Part shown: piece by piece, positions 22,872 through 35,954 of the stretch
Layout: every line of letters begins with the position of its first letter
Position numbering within the stretch: position 1 is the stretch's first letter
NCBI GenBank assembly: GCA_020137815.1
Contig: CM035350.1
Coordinates: 6,262,001-6,326,000, forward strand
Length of the DNA: 64,000 nt
Reading direction: 5' to 3'
Source: Hormiphora californensis
Lineage: Eukaryota > Animalia > Ctenophora
The notes under the pieces: generated by a model
The model's database searches: none
What the model was told of the DNA's origin: nothing
Seen by the model: only the letters and a program-made list of their open reading frames with translations
Program-made: the position numbers and the translations under genes

Positions 22872-24999
22872 TCAAAACTGATTGCGGTACTTTTTCACCT
22901 CGACCATAACATGATGAACATTAACTAACTCCGCCCTCACAGGTAGTGTCTTATAGGGAGCCTGTCCGAGGATCTTTTGAAAGCGATTATAATACTGAAT
23001 CATCTTGGTGAGAGCACTTTGGAGGATAACAGTGCCGTTATTGAAATTGGTAAAACACTTCATCACCTCCCCGTTAATTGTGTCTATTGATTTCCGGTAA
23101 TCCTGTGCGAAACCCCGAACCAACTGGACCACCTCACCCTCCCGGACCCTCTGTTCTCGACCCTGGTCCGTGACCTGTTCAGCATCTTTTACAAAGTTTA
23201 TCATTCCCCCGAAATATGGCAGCAGGATCTCATCCACGAACTCGTTAATTCGTTTATTCAGCAGCTCCTGAACCCCCACGACATCCTTGTTGGGCTCGGC
23301 CATTCCTCAGCTGCATCACGGACAACATGAGATCGTAGTTGTTGATCAGGAACACTAACTGATCCTTCCGCAGTGGAAACTCAGCCGCCATCCGCAACAC
23401 TATGTTCTCCACCTCCACCTGTAGGATTCCCATGGACCTGACTGTTTGGTCGTTAGGGAACCTCTCATTTAGGCTGCTGATGGCCCGGTAAAACTCCCCA
23501 AATCTCCTTGTTATAAAGTGAGGTCGGGTGTCCAACTCGGACAATTTACTGGGATCTGTTTCCCGGATACTGTGAATACTTAGGGAGAGAACGTAGTTAA
23601 ACCGGGGCCACAGGATCTGGAGAAGCTGGTTGTGGAACCCCACCAGGGCACCCAGACCCCTCTTTCCTCATTAGCTCGTGATAAAACATGGTCACGTGGG
23701 CACACAGCATGATCCCAATACAATCATAGCAGTTGGACATGTAGCTTTCCACCGACTTTAGTATGAGAATCAAGGTCCGACCCATGACCTCGGAAAAGAG
23801 GATTTGTGCTCGCTCACCCTTTAACTTGAAGAAATGACACAGGAAGCTGTACTCTCCACACACGTTATCCAGTAGGGCAAACTGTACACTCCGGAATAGG
23901 GCCTCATATGGGAAGCGCTTGTCAGCGCAATGAGCAGGAATAATAACCGGCCACTCGAGTTGATTGTTTAGCAAGTCATCCCTGTTACCCAGAGTGAACA
24001 CCTGTACTCCGAGATCTAATGGACTTGCTGGAAGAGAACAGCTGGAGACTCCTTCGACTCTCATCCTCAGCTCCCATCACATCTCCCTTCCCTGGGACTT
24101 CCTCGTACTCGAGCTTTATTAGCCGGGACTGGTAACTCTTGAAGTAACTATAGTACACCTTGCCCACTGTGTCAGTATACTCCTGCCTTTATCTCTGTAG
24201 CAGTAACGGGCGAGTGTAGGGCAAGGAACTCATACATGTACTTGTACTTGATGAGAGTTTCCTGAAGGACTTGGTAGTTGGACATCGGTTTCTTCCACTC
24301 GTTTATCTTTTCCAGGATGTATTGCCGGACCTTGTGGATAGCTTTGATTTTCAACTTTTCCAGCACATCTCCCACGTCACCTGAGGCTACTGTGTGCTGC
24401 TCTGCTTCTGCAAACTGCAACTTGCTGTCGAGCTCTTTGAGAGCCTCCACAAACTGGGGTTCTGTTGGGGCTAGTTGAACAATGCTGTCCAACAGTTTAG
24501 GGCCCACGACAATACAATCTAAAAATCCACTCAGTTTGGATTTCAAACCTTTCCTGTTACTCAGTTTGACGGACATTTCCAAACTTTTCTCTTGCAGACA
24601 CTGGATCTCGGTTGAAATGCTACCAAGATCCTGCTGGAATGTGCCCAACATGGACTCCATCTGGGCGAGAATGGAATCACAGTTCTTCATTTCACGATGC
24701 AGCTGGGCGATTTTCTTGCTCTCCTTGATATAATCGGTAATGGAAGCACTCTCAACCGCAGCAAGTTCTCGTTCAATTTCTTGGGAATAGTTCCTTAAAT
24801 CCACTCCAGTTTTAAGAGCCTCTTGAACAAGCTCATCTTCGAGGTTTTCGCGAATGTGACCATTGACTATGTCCAGAATAAGGCCATCACGATTAGTTAG
24901 GTCATCAATAATCTGGTCTCTACCGGTCAGATCCAAATCACCGAGATCCAGGGCAGCATCAAGATCAGCCTGGTTTAACAGGCGCATAGGATCCGTCAT
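22872..24999 (-). CDS. VPS52: Vacuolar protein sorting 52 (GARP/EARP subunit), intronless, four apparent +1 frame breaks
   Basis: LKTGVDLRNYS, CDSILAQMESML, YEALFRSVQFALLDN, RPHFITRRFGEF, VFLINNYD, VMVEVKKY; five overlapping ORFs join by +1 shifts near 24187, 24002, 23664, 23304. Confidence 0.92.
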
Positions 25000-26451
25000 T
25001 TATCAATTCCTTTTTTCACATTCTTACTAATTCAGCGATCTACAGTGGAAATGATTAGTTAAACGCGTATATATTGGAACTGGTGTGAGGACACACAGGA
25101 GCAGTCATTATCAACAAAAAAGGTTCACACCTGTGCCCTCAGGTGGATTTTAACTTTACGTCAAGGGTAGCAATCAGCAAATTATTGGTGGCTCATTAAG
25201 GATGTCGTGTGCAGTTTAGTACAACCACAGATGGACTGGAAGAGCTTGAAAAAGGAGCAAATACCGAGAAAAAAGTCAAAAGTAAGATGAAAAAAGTGTT
25301 GGCATACGTTGCAGGCCCCTTATAATATAGATATAAGGGGCCTGGAGGGAATACCGCGCTGGGGGGGAATACATAATCAATCATATCTCCGGTTCCAGAT
25401 AAGGTACAGAAATCGTTTTGGTAGCGTTGGAAAGAGGAAGATAACAGCTTTCAAATGCAACCGGTTTCAGGTCTCTATCTTATCAGGAACAGGAGATATG
25501 AACCAAACTCCGCAAAATCGAGTGCGGTAAAATAAAAAAATTCGAGATTTTAATTCAAATTTGAAACAAAAGTGTCCCTGCAGGGACCTGTGACGTCACT
25601 TTTTGAAAACAACCCATCTTTGAACGGCTATTGCTCAGCCTCCTGAAGTCCAATTAACTCCTCTCAAAAACAGCAAGGTAGATAATTGTCAGATCTAACA
25701 GCTAGTGAAAGAATCAAGTCAAACGGACTTCAGGGGCCAAAGTTATAAGCACCGCCGTTTTTTCGCTCGCAAAGTTATTTTCGACCCAGCCAGGCCCGTC
25801 CTGAGCTCAGGCCAAACGCGCGCGCGGCATTCCCTCCAGTCCCCTCGTTGCGGGGGTGCGCGCATGAGGGGGCTGCAGCGCATTCCAAAAAAAAGTGAGA
25901 AAAAGGAAAGTGGACTCAAAATTATTCTGAGTTTTGTAAATTTTATCCGCGCGGCTCAATTTTTCGCCCAAATGCAGCGCAACTGAAAATTATTGTCGCG
26001 CGTTACAAATAAATTTTTAAAATGCAGCGGTATTGTTACTTTTTGTCTCAGATTTTTCTTCCAAAATCTTTTTTTCAGCAGACTTTTCTTCTGCCCCAGG
26101 CCAGCGTTAAAATCTGGGTGTTTGGTGGGCGCCGTTACGATCTGGGTGTTTCGATGCGTGTTACCCTTTAAGACACATATTCATACCATTAAAATAATGC
26201 TATCGCTAACAATTGCTGAATATTTATTTTTTAACATCGTCATCTTCCATTTTCCGTTTGAAAACAAATATTCTAACCGTACGACCATCCTAGTTTAGTT
26301 TAGCGTGTAGAGGAATGATACTATAGCATGAGCTGTTAGTCTACGCAGAACACCGAAAACAAGCAACTCCAACGATCACAGAGCAATCACAAACAGGGCC
26401 AGCGAAACTACGGATATCTTTGGACACTGGTACAGGAACACCTCGCTCAAG

Positions 26452-28694
26452 ATGAAACGAGTTGCTTCCTTTGTCTTTATCCTAGCCATCTGTCTCATAT
26501 GGACAACCTCCCACGCCGAGGAGAGTTCCCCCATCGAGACGGGTGTGGCGTCAGGCGATGAACCAAAGATCCTGACAGCAACTGATCCAGTAACCAATGT
26601 AACGAATATAACGATAGTTAAAGTGATAACGATATCACCTAAACCAGAGATTACATCCTCCTCATCGATCGAAACAGAGAACAGTTTTGCTATTTTCTTT
26701 ATCCTGGGGGTGCTATTTTTCTCCATCCTGCTGGTGTACCTATTGATCAAGTTCAAGTTCCACTACCTGCCTGAGAGTATTGGAATTGTGTTCCTGGGGG
26801 CAATCATCGGAGCTCTCTTCCAAGTTCTCAACCATTTTGAGCTGGCAGATTTCAAGGAAGAGGAAATGATGAGTCCGACCATATTTTTCCTTGTCATGCT
26901 ACCGCCCATTATATTCGAGAGTGGGTACTCGCTACACAAGGGAAATTTCTTTGCCAACTTTGGATCCATCTGCACATATGCTGTATTTGGAACGGCTGTG
27001 TCTGCTATTACCATCGGTAGTGGGCTGTTTGTATTGGGAATGGCAGATGTCGTCTACCCGTATACACTTCGGGAAAGCCTCAGTTTTGGAGCCCTAATTT
27101 CAGCGGTTGATCCAGTCGCCACTCTGGCAATCTTCCAATCCCTGGATGTCCATCCCACGCTATACATGTTGGTGTTTGGAGAGAGCGTACTGAATGATGC
27201 TGTGTCAATTGTGATGTGTGATTCAGTTATCAATTTTGACGATTCCCAGAGTACTGCAATTGCGATCATTGCGGGAGTTGGTAATTTCCTCCTCAAGTTT
27301 ACTGTTTCATCTTTCATCGGGGTTTTCTTCGCTCTGGCCCTGGCAATGATTCTCAAGTACGTCCACCTTAACAGGGTTCCTTCACTGGAGTTTTGCACGG
27401 TGGGCCTCTTCGCGTATGGCCCTTACTTCCTTGCGGAAGGTCTCGACTACTCCGGTATTATGTCAATCCTGGCGAGTGGAATTGTAATGTCTCACTATGC
27501 CCACTTCAACCTGTCACCCGTGACCCAGATCACCGTACAGCAAACCTTCAGGACATTTGCGTTCATGGCGGAGAGTTGTGTGTTTGCATACCTTGGCATG
27601 GCAATCTTCAGCTTCTCCCACAGTTTCAAACCGGCCTTTGTGATTTGGACTCTTATCTTGTGTTTGGTGGGCCGTGCAATCAACATCTTCCCAATCAGTG
27701 TGGTTGTTAACAAGTTCAGGGAACACAAAATTGACTTTAAAAAGCAGTTCATTATGTGGTTCAGTGGGTTGAGAGGTGCCATCGCCTTCTCTCTCGCTCT
27801 CCATCTTCCCTTTCCCAGCGAGAAGAGACGAGTTATTGTCAGCACTACGTTGGTAAGTAGTGAGTAACAAGTCACTAGTCCGTCTCAACTTACAGTATAT
27901 ATATCCCTTGTGTGGCCCACTTTATTCTATGATATACTACCCGTCTGTAGTTAGATATCAGACACCCTTTTCTATAGAATCACAGGTCACATTAGACTAG
28001 TTGCTAGACAATATCGAGAGACCACCACCCTCAATATTCCCCCAGGTGATAGTGCTATTCAGTATCCTGTTTTTCGGTGGCAGTACCATGCCCCTCATGA
28101 ATCTACTACAGAATGTAGACACTGATGATAAGACATGCCCGAAACACAAGAAACTCCCTCAGTCAGAAGACGAGGAAGAATCCGATGATGTAAGTTAACG
28201 GGAAGGTAACTCCTCTTGTTACCCCTGGTTACCGAGGGGGCTACCCCTGGTTACCCCTGGTTACCCCTCCCATCCCTTCTCCTATCCCAACTGATTATAG
28301 TATAAATTTCTAGAAACTGACTGACTTGAAACTGATTTACTAGAAACTGACTGTTAGCGGTTGTTCTTGTGTGTTTGCAACTTAAACACAGCTGGCTACT
28401 TATTGTCTGTCAGAAGTCAGAACATGATTTTGAATCACTTCATTTGGTCCTTTGGTTGCACTCACCTATACACTTGTTTCACTGATTAATGCACAATAAT
28501 AACAAGTTTTTTCGTCCTGAGAGGGTGCGACCTCAGCACCCCCCCCCCCCCATTGTATCAGCTATGTTACAGGGCTCTCAGTGAGATAGAGATGAATGAT
28601 AGTCTCATCATGGTATTGTTACTGATTATTCATATTGAGCTCTCTCCCTCTCCCTTCTCTTATTCCTCTCTTTCTTTCTCTCTCTCTCTTTCTT

Positions 28695-28781
<87 letters not shown>

Positions 28782-31700
28782 CTCTCTTTCTCGTACAACA
28801 AAAGTAATAACACAGTGTATTCTCTTGGTACCCACAACAAAGATTTCACCAGATTGGTACCACACAATGATTCTAAATGTATCAACTGCCCACGCCCCAC
28901 ACTGTGTCAATATAATGAAATACAGTATGCTTGATGACGTCATAATTAATGTGAAACGTCCAGTTTGTGACCTAGTAAGTGAGAGATGTCTCAATAGATA
29001 TTATATGGAGGAATATATTATACGAACAAACTGACAACACACACACACACACACATGTGTGTGAAAGGTGACATGTTGAGTAACAACAGTAAACTTCCCC
29101 TAATGTCCACACCCCCCCCCTAGTGCCAAGTCCTCTGGACATGTTTTCAAATCAATAGACTTACAAACAAACACAATACCATTAGACACATTACACACAC
29201 ACATATCTCCAGTTGTATGCCCCTACACGGAGTAAGACACGACTCTCCAGCTTCTCATCAACCCACGTAAGAACAACTACTTGTGCTTTGTGTGTGTATA
29301 CTATCAACTAAATAATAACAGCAGCACTTTCTGATTCGCAATGATGCACACTATCAGCAGCTCTTAGCAACTAGATACTAACGCCACAGCAGCCCTTTCT
29401 GATTTTATCTGTGCTGAAATCAGCGTGGTTCTTTGATTTTTTTAGCAACAATTAATTCCTTTTTACCACAATTATCTAACAAGGTCATTATAATTTATAA
29501 CCTTTTACCTTGTTTCATAATTGTTTCATAAATGCAGCATAGAATAATTCGTAACCAGCCGAAACTTCTTTCTTTATACTCTCACTACCACTGCAGCACA
29601 TAATACAGTCGGACCCCGATTTAGTGGCCCCCGATTTAGTGCAGTGGCAGGATCCCCCCCCCCCCCCCGATATAGGAAATTAACATTATTTGACCCCGAT
29701 TTAGTGGCAGGATTTTCCCCCGAGGATGCCACTAAATCGGGGTCCGACTGTATACAGTCGGACCCCGATTTAGTTATACATAACCTCGTTGGAACCTGTA
29801 GCTATGCTGTTGTTCTAGATTATCACATGTAATCTTCGAGTGTCTGTATTCAGTAAATGTAAGCGTAAAACAAGCTTGCACAAGCTATACGGAATACTGA
29901 GGCTTTTGTGTGTGTGTGTGAGAGATACAGAATGTGTGTAATGCACTTGACTTGTTACCCAACATTTTAAAATTGGCATGATACTCTTGGACTAGTATAG
30001 CATTCTAAATGTCATAGCACTGTGTAAACTGTGGAAATGGGAATGAATTTAGGTGTGATACTATAAAGGTAGATCAAACAACTTTTCTTTTAATAAACTA
30101 GGTGGTGTGTAACAGTGGTTCAATAAGATTTCAGAATAAAATCGTGCACCATCTTTGATCTAAGAATCCACATCTCTTTCTCTACTTCTCCCCACCCCAG
30201 CTCCCGATTTCTCCCCCTTTCTCCGTCCCTATATATTGCCGATTGTTGCAAATCTGATTGAGCGGTTAAACACGTGCACATGATCGGGGCAATTTCATGA
30301 AGCATATTATATTCTCTCCGCCACGGAGAGCACATGTCCGCTCTGTTTTCTCTGGGCTGCTTTCCCCCTCATTCATTCCGACCCCCCACAATGCAAGTCT
30401 ACCAGCTATAGCACCCCTTTTATCATTTATCAGGCCTCCCATTATTTAACTGCGCCCCCGCCGCCAGTTAGACCATTCTGCTGGTCTAGCCATGGTTCAA
30501 CCCTCTAACTACCCTGCCCCCCTTGTAACCTCTCTCTCCCATCATAAGGACGGTGAATCGGGCGAGGAAGAGGAATACCCGCTCTCAAAAACTATGGAAA
30601 TGGGACGGAGTATGGAGGCTAGCCAGATCCCAGGGGAAACTGCAGATACCTGGCATGGGGCCAGAGGTTTTGCTGTTCTGGACAGCAAATACTTCATTCC
30701 CTTCTTCAGGAAAAAGTATGTACACGATACAATGAAATAGTGTTTATTTAGGACTGTTATAGACGACTCGGAGATTTATTTCAAAAAAGTTAGAAACTTT
30801 TCAACACTACTTTAAACAGATTAATTTGAGCTGATGATGACGTTAAACGTCGAAACCTTTCCTGAAATAAATCTCCGAGTCGTCTACAGTCCTAAATAAA
30901 CACTATTTCTTTGTATCAGAACTATGCGACTCAAAAACAGCCGATTGGTCAACTTATGTATGTACATGCTCACTGCTCAGGAATTATAGTAATAATGTGT
31001 AAGGTTGGATTAGTCGAGTTTTTACTCGGTGAGGCCTCATAATTTATGGACCACTCTGTATAGTGTGGAAATAGAACTTACATCAATGATCTAAAACTAT
31101 CTTTATCCAGCACGTCCTTTCTTTTTCCATCCTCTTATCCAGCTCTCCAAACCTTTTATACCCATAATTGTTATATCCTGCGCTGCAAACAATGGCCACA
31201 CCCTAAACGCAACTCGTAGGGAGAGAGAGAGAGGTAGAGAGAGAACTTATTGATTCAGAGAGAGGTAGAGCGTACATGATGCACTCAATATAATAGTGGA
31301 GGACGGTATTATAGCTTCTAGAATATCTGGGGTTAGTTGTCAGGCACTGACTGTACAATCGCGTACATGCTGGGTTAGTAATATACCAGGGGTGTGGACT
31401 GTGGTGGTAATATAATGAGGGATCGCTATCCACTCCAAGTGCAGAGCGATAGTAATTAGCCCAGTGGTATAGGAGCAGATATACTGGGTAGGTGGGGAGA
31501 TAATTACTAATAATGTACATGTGTGGGAGTGCAGTGAAGCGGAAAGATGTGATATATTATAGTGATATATACTGATTAGTGCTACACAAGTGATCATGGT
31601 AATGGCTCATAAACTACTGTCGTGTTATCTTCATTCTACGACTATTTTGTTGGAGAGGGCATGTGATATGAGTAGAGAGAGCAATGCACACCCTCTCTCT

Positions 31701-33270
31701 CTCTCTCTCTACTCATATCTGTCTGTGCATGTGTGTGTCTGTGGGAGTGAGTGAGACCGAGTGAAGTTTCTATGAAGAGAATAAGCTAAAATCTTTGAAG
31801 AAATTAACAATCAGCATATTGCTTTTTCTCTCTACGCCCCCTCTCTCTCTCTCTCTCTCTCTCCCTCTCTCTCCCTCTCCCTCTCCCTCCCTCTCTCTCA
31901 GCCAACATTGTTCAATAAATGTATCTAGTTTAGCACGTGCACCTCATTTGCCTTCCCAAATCAATATGGTCGTGAGTGGCTGAGCCTTCTATCACCTATA
32001 CAGAGCTGAGCGGTTCTTGGCAAGATTGACCCTCCTCAATCAATTACCATAGACAGTGTGACTTTGTGTGAGCCACCAGCCGCCCCCTAATTTGCACTTG
32101 CCCAAGATACCATCGGCTCCTATAAACAAGTCAGCTCCAAGATCTTTGGTGACGAGGCTGGTCCTCCTTCTTACAATAATAATTATAATAGTGAGGAAGT
32201 TTTGTTTTCTCCTTCTGGCTGGACAAATGAGTAGACGTGGTTTTTATTGTAGAAGAACGCTATTAATTTCGGTGCACAGCACCATCATCAGGCTCAAATT
32301 AGTTTGTTTAAAGTAGTGTTGAAAAGTTTCAAACAAAACTTCCTCACTGATATGCGGCTAATAAACAATCAACCGATCCTTATTCTCTGTCAATAATACT
32401 TGTAGAAACCAAGTCACCGACCTCAGACCGAGGATGTATCTTCTGTAGATCATGGTCACACAGTCACTCGTAAAAGGTGTATCGTATCCATGATAAACAA
32501 GTTTAACCGAGTTTTCTCTTTGTGTTTTTTGTATCGTGCACATGGTATCACATAGTGTTTCAGAAAAACATGGTATCACATTACTGTTTTCATCTCCCTC
32601 TGTGATATCTCCCTCTGATATATCTTAACCCTGTTTTCTGGCAGGTTGTTGAGAAATGAGCCTCTTTACTCACAGCCTGAGTCCTGACCTCAGACCTCAC
32701 GACCAATACCCTACCTCACATTAAACCCATCTTATCTCCCATCCAAATTGGAATTCATATATTCAGTAATTTTGGGGAGACACGGAACAATTTGAGACGA
32801 TTTGAGACTCAGCTTCATTTTATTTTCTTCTTTATCTTGCCCCATCCCGCACAGGAAGTTCTTTCCTTGCTAAACACCACTTATCCCTGATTCAAAAAGA
32901 CCAGTCTAGAATGCATATTATATTGTACCCACAATTTTACCCCACTATCTGTACTATAGAATCAAGAATGCTCTCTCATTTTGCCCTCTCCCTTTACTAC
33001 ACGGTGTGCTTTCATTTGGTTCAATGGCAAGGGAAATATAGCGTACAGGGACAGCGGTCCGAATATTAGGTTTAGAAGAAAAGTCTCTCCCCCTTTTTAC
33101 TAGGAAGCCTAATTTCCAATTCACACTCCTTTTTTTCTCTCTCTAGGTTTACAAAGCAAGAAATAAAGGAAGCGTATTCTAAGATGCAGGACCTAACGAA
33201 CCAATGGCACAGCGATGTTGAAGGTGGGAAGATCAGTGACGGACTGGATATAGATGAACACAGTCTGTGA
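26452..33270 (+). CDS. SLC9A8: Sodium/hydrogen exchanger 8
   Basis: FFLVMLPPIIFESGYSLHKGNFF, FGESVLNDAVSIV, WFSGLRGAIAF. Exons 26452-27852, 28046-28189, 30549-30715, 33147-33270; the last gives KFTKQEIKEAYSKMQDLTNQW, like the NHE8 tail. Confidence 0.9.
28665..28790. repeat. (CT)n microsatellite
   Basis: Visible CT tract in NHE8 intron 2. Confidence 0.95.
29606..29774. mobile_element. Tc1/mariner-like MITE with TA TSD plus adjacent partial copy
   Basis: TA-CAGTCGGACCCCGATTTAGTGGC ... GCCACTAAATCGGGGTCCGACTG-TA (29606-29750), followed by a second TIR start at 29755. Confidence 0.85.
30725..30957 (+). mobile_element. Penelope-like/retrozyme-type insertion with inverted 5' segment, SL-like leader and hammerhead
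   Basis: 9-bp TSD GTATGTACA (30716-30724, 30958-30966); inverted repeat 30726-30783 vs 30863-30917; hammerhead core inside. Confidence 0.7.
30817..30875 (+). ncRNA. Minimal type I hammerhead ribozyme-like motif (copy 1)
   Basis: CTGATGA-T-GACG(TTAAA)CGTC-GAAA-CCTT-TC^CTGAAATAAATCT; the 3' strand pairs with upstream AGATTAATTTGAG (11 of 13). Stem III is degenerate. Confidence 0.65.
32256..32330 (-). ncRNA. SL-like leader fused to minimal hammerhead ribozyme-like motif (copy 2)
   Basis: Minus strand reads GAAACTTTTCAACACTACTTTAAACAAACTAATTTGAG-C-CTGATGA-T-GGTGC(TGT)GCACC-GAAA-TTAA-TA^GC; palindromic stem III; flanked by inverted repeat 32190-32207 / 32331-32348. Confidence 0.65.
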
Positions 33271-34988
33271 GCGGGCTGTATCCACACAGTTATATAGGGT
33301 GAGTGTGACCCTCCTTGTTAACTGTGTGTGTGTTTGTAGCTAAACTGCAGTAGCACAATGTATTTTAGAACGCTACAAAGTCTAACCGAGGGAGATAGCT
33401 AGTTGGAGACAACTCGTCTCCCATAATTGTCTCTGTGTGTCTCTGTAGTCTCCCTCCGTTTACACACCCAGGCTAATTGTCCGTAGTAACACAATCGGGA
33501 AGTAATATACCAATTATTTTCCAGCTTCCTTCAACCACTCTCTCATTTTACTGCTTTCTATCTAGAAAAGTAGGAGTCTAGAAACATCTTGGGATTCATT
33601 TTTACTCTGCTTTTCATTCATCAATATCCGGGTATTTTAGTTTCCAAAAGTAACAAACAACGTGCATACCCAATACACCTAAATCATGAGGGTTACCAAG
33701 CCCACAACATTGAACATTGATGCACCTGTTAGACTCCCTGCTTGTCGCAATATTATATAGCCCCCCCCCCCCCCCCCCCGGTATGACATGACGTGCCCCC
33801 AGTCAGAATCCTACTGCCTATATCTGTAGCTCACACAACATTTTATAAGAGCTGGTTTGGCAGATTTTTGTTGTACATTATGTAAGCATTGCTGTAAGCA
33901 TTGCTGTCCCTACTGTTCATGTCTTGTTATGTTCTAACCCTCTTTTATATTTGGGTGGAGCTCGTGAAGAGAGGGTCGACCTAGGCAATTCATGTCCACA
34001 CTTTTTTAAACAGTGGCAACTAGCAAAGTTGTTTGCACATTTTCTAATTCCGGTTGGAACAGTCACATACAGCTGGCCGTGTTATAAATCCAATATACCA
34101 CCGGAACACTGTTCAGCATTTGTATCGGTTGTACGTGTGTGGGGAGGGAGAGAGATACACAGACAGCATTATAATGACTTCATACCTTTTTCAGGCTGAA
34201 AAGGAAAAAACCCCAGCAGAGAGAGGATGGGAGAATGAGGATACAGCAGAGAAGTGTTATTGGCGAAGATTTATCGAGCGCTAATCCTGGTCCCAATGTC
34301 TCCATTCTTTTATAGAAATACAGAATGAGAAAAAACTGTGGACACGATGCATATGTTATGTAGAGAGAGAGAAAGAGGGTGAGAGAGAGAGTGAGTGAGA
34401 GAATATGTTGGTTGGTGGAGAGATAAAAAGAGTTATTCAGAGTAGGACACAGGTGCAACAAGAGAGATGAATGAATAGTGAAAGAAGCACTGCTTACAAA
34501 TCTAATTCACAGTATTTAGAGCCAGGTTGACAGAGAGAATATAGAGAGAGAGGGAGGAAGGTGTTTTTACGCTCAAGATAATTAACTCTTTTTTCTTCTT
34601 TTAAAGAAAAACTAACTAACAGTTACTCCTGATGATAGTAATTTATTTCACGCAACGTGAGCTGATTCTTTGGGGACAATTTCGTCTGTCTGTCTGTGTA
34701 TGTTGAGTAATGTACAGAATTTCATTTCTTTGTTTCTCCCGATAAGAAAGAGACGTCCCTTTGATTCTCAAATACAGAGGCCGCACAATTATATGTTTTT
34801 CTCATGTCGCGAAAATTGTAGAACACTTTTTGTAAAATAAAATCCCTATTCTCTGTCCCACATTTTAGGAAATTGCAGGCCTAGCAATACTTAGGTAAAA
34901 TATGGTATAAGCTGAGTGGGAAATGCTGCTCTCTAATTATCTTTTCTGGTAGGATGAAGGGGCCAGAGAGCAATGGCGTTTAGTAAAT

Positions 34989-35053
<65 letters not shown>

Positions 35054-35954
35054 TTGTAATGATGTGGGAGACACGGGGGAGGAAGACGGAGATTTTGTGG
35101 TTCCTCTTACAGCACCGTATACACTTTGCTTGCAACAATGTCTGCAAGAAAGGAGGGAGAGAGACAAAGAGAGAGACCTGTCACGTGGCATTAGGTGATT
35201 GTAAGGACCCGTGGGCCGTGAATAAACAAAAAGCTGGTGCAGCACAATAAAAGGGTCCACCACTTGTCTTAACAGGATCTCACACACACACAACAGAATG
35301 CTTATGACTAGTCCTTATTATTTTAGCTTCTATGCCTAAGATAGACTCTTTGTGGGTAATGGGGGGAGGAACTCATCTCCATAACAGCTCACGTCTTTAT
35401 GAGTGCTTTGTGTTCTTCGTGTTCAGCTGTCTGGCGGTGCTCCGACAGTCAGGTGTTGACTGTTCAGCGTGTTATACTATAAGATAGGATTCAATATTCA
35501 TTCATTCCTGACACAAATAATGTTGACACTTACATTGTGCCCCCCTCCTCTATTGGTTTTCATGTGGTAGTTTGGCTGTCAACCCCGCCCAGCCACACAC
35601 CTGTTTTCAAGTAGAGGTGGGCGCCTCGTGTTGTGAGGTATGAAGTGAGTGGGATCACTGGTCCTAACTGGTTGTAACGCGCGGAGACCATTTCGGAAGG
35701 GAGAAGCGCGCAAGACGGACCAAGCAACCTCGCCCATGGAGGGTGGCTCGCTATTTTTAGAGACACGCCCTGAAAATGGTTCAGGGCGTGTTTCTATGAA
35801 TATTCAGGGTAAGGGTCCGCCAAATAACCTCTACCAGAATGTCCAATAATTTAAAAAAGACCGCTTAAGTCAATTTTTTGAAACTGTCGAGTTACGACGC
35901 GCAAAAATAAAACGCGCGATACCCACCTTGTGACGCGCGATTTACTGTTGTATA

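Noticed and set aside
22872-24999. VPS52, HAUS5 and MCM7 as pseudogenes
   Set aside because: No in-frame nonsense decay and strong protein conservation; the breaks fit double-called SNPs.
25196-26200. Possible TTAA-type transposon between the divergent VPS52 and NHE8 starts
   Set aside because: Looks repeat-like, but I could not find a matching second TIR or TSD.
30793-30830. Possible SL RNA gene
   Set aside because: The leader is followed by CTGATGA, not a GT donor or an evident Sm site.
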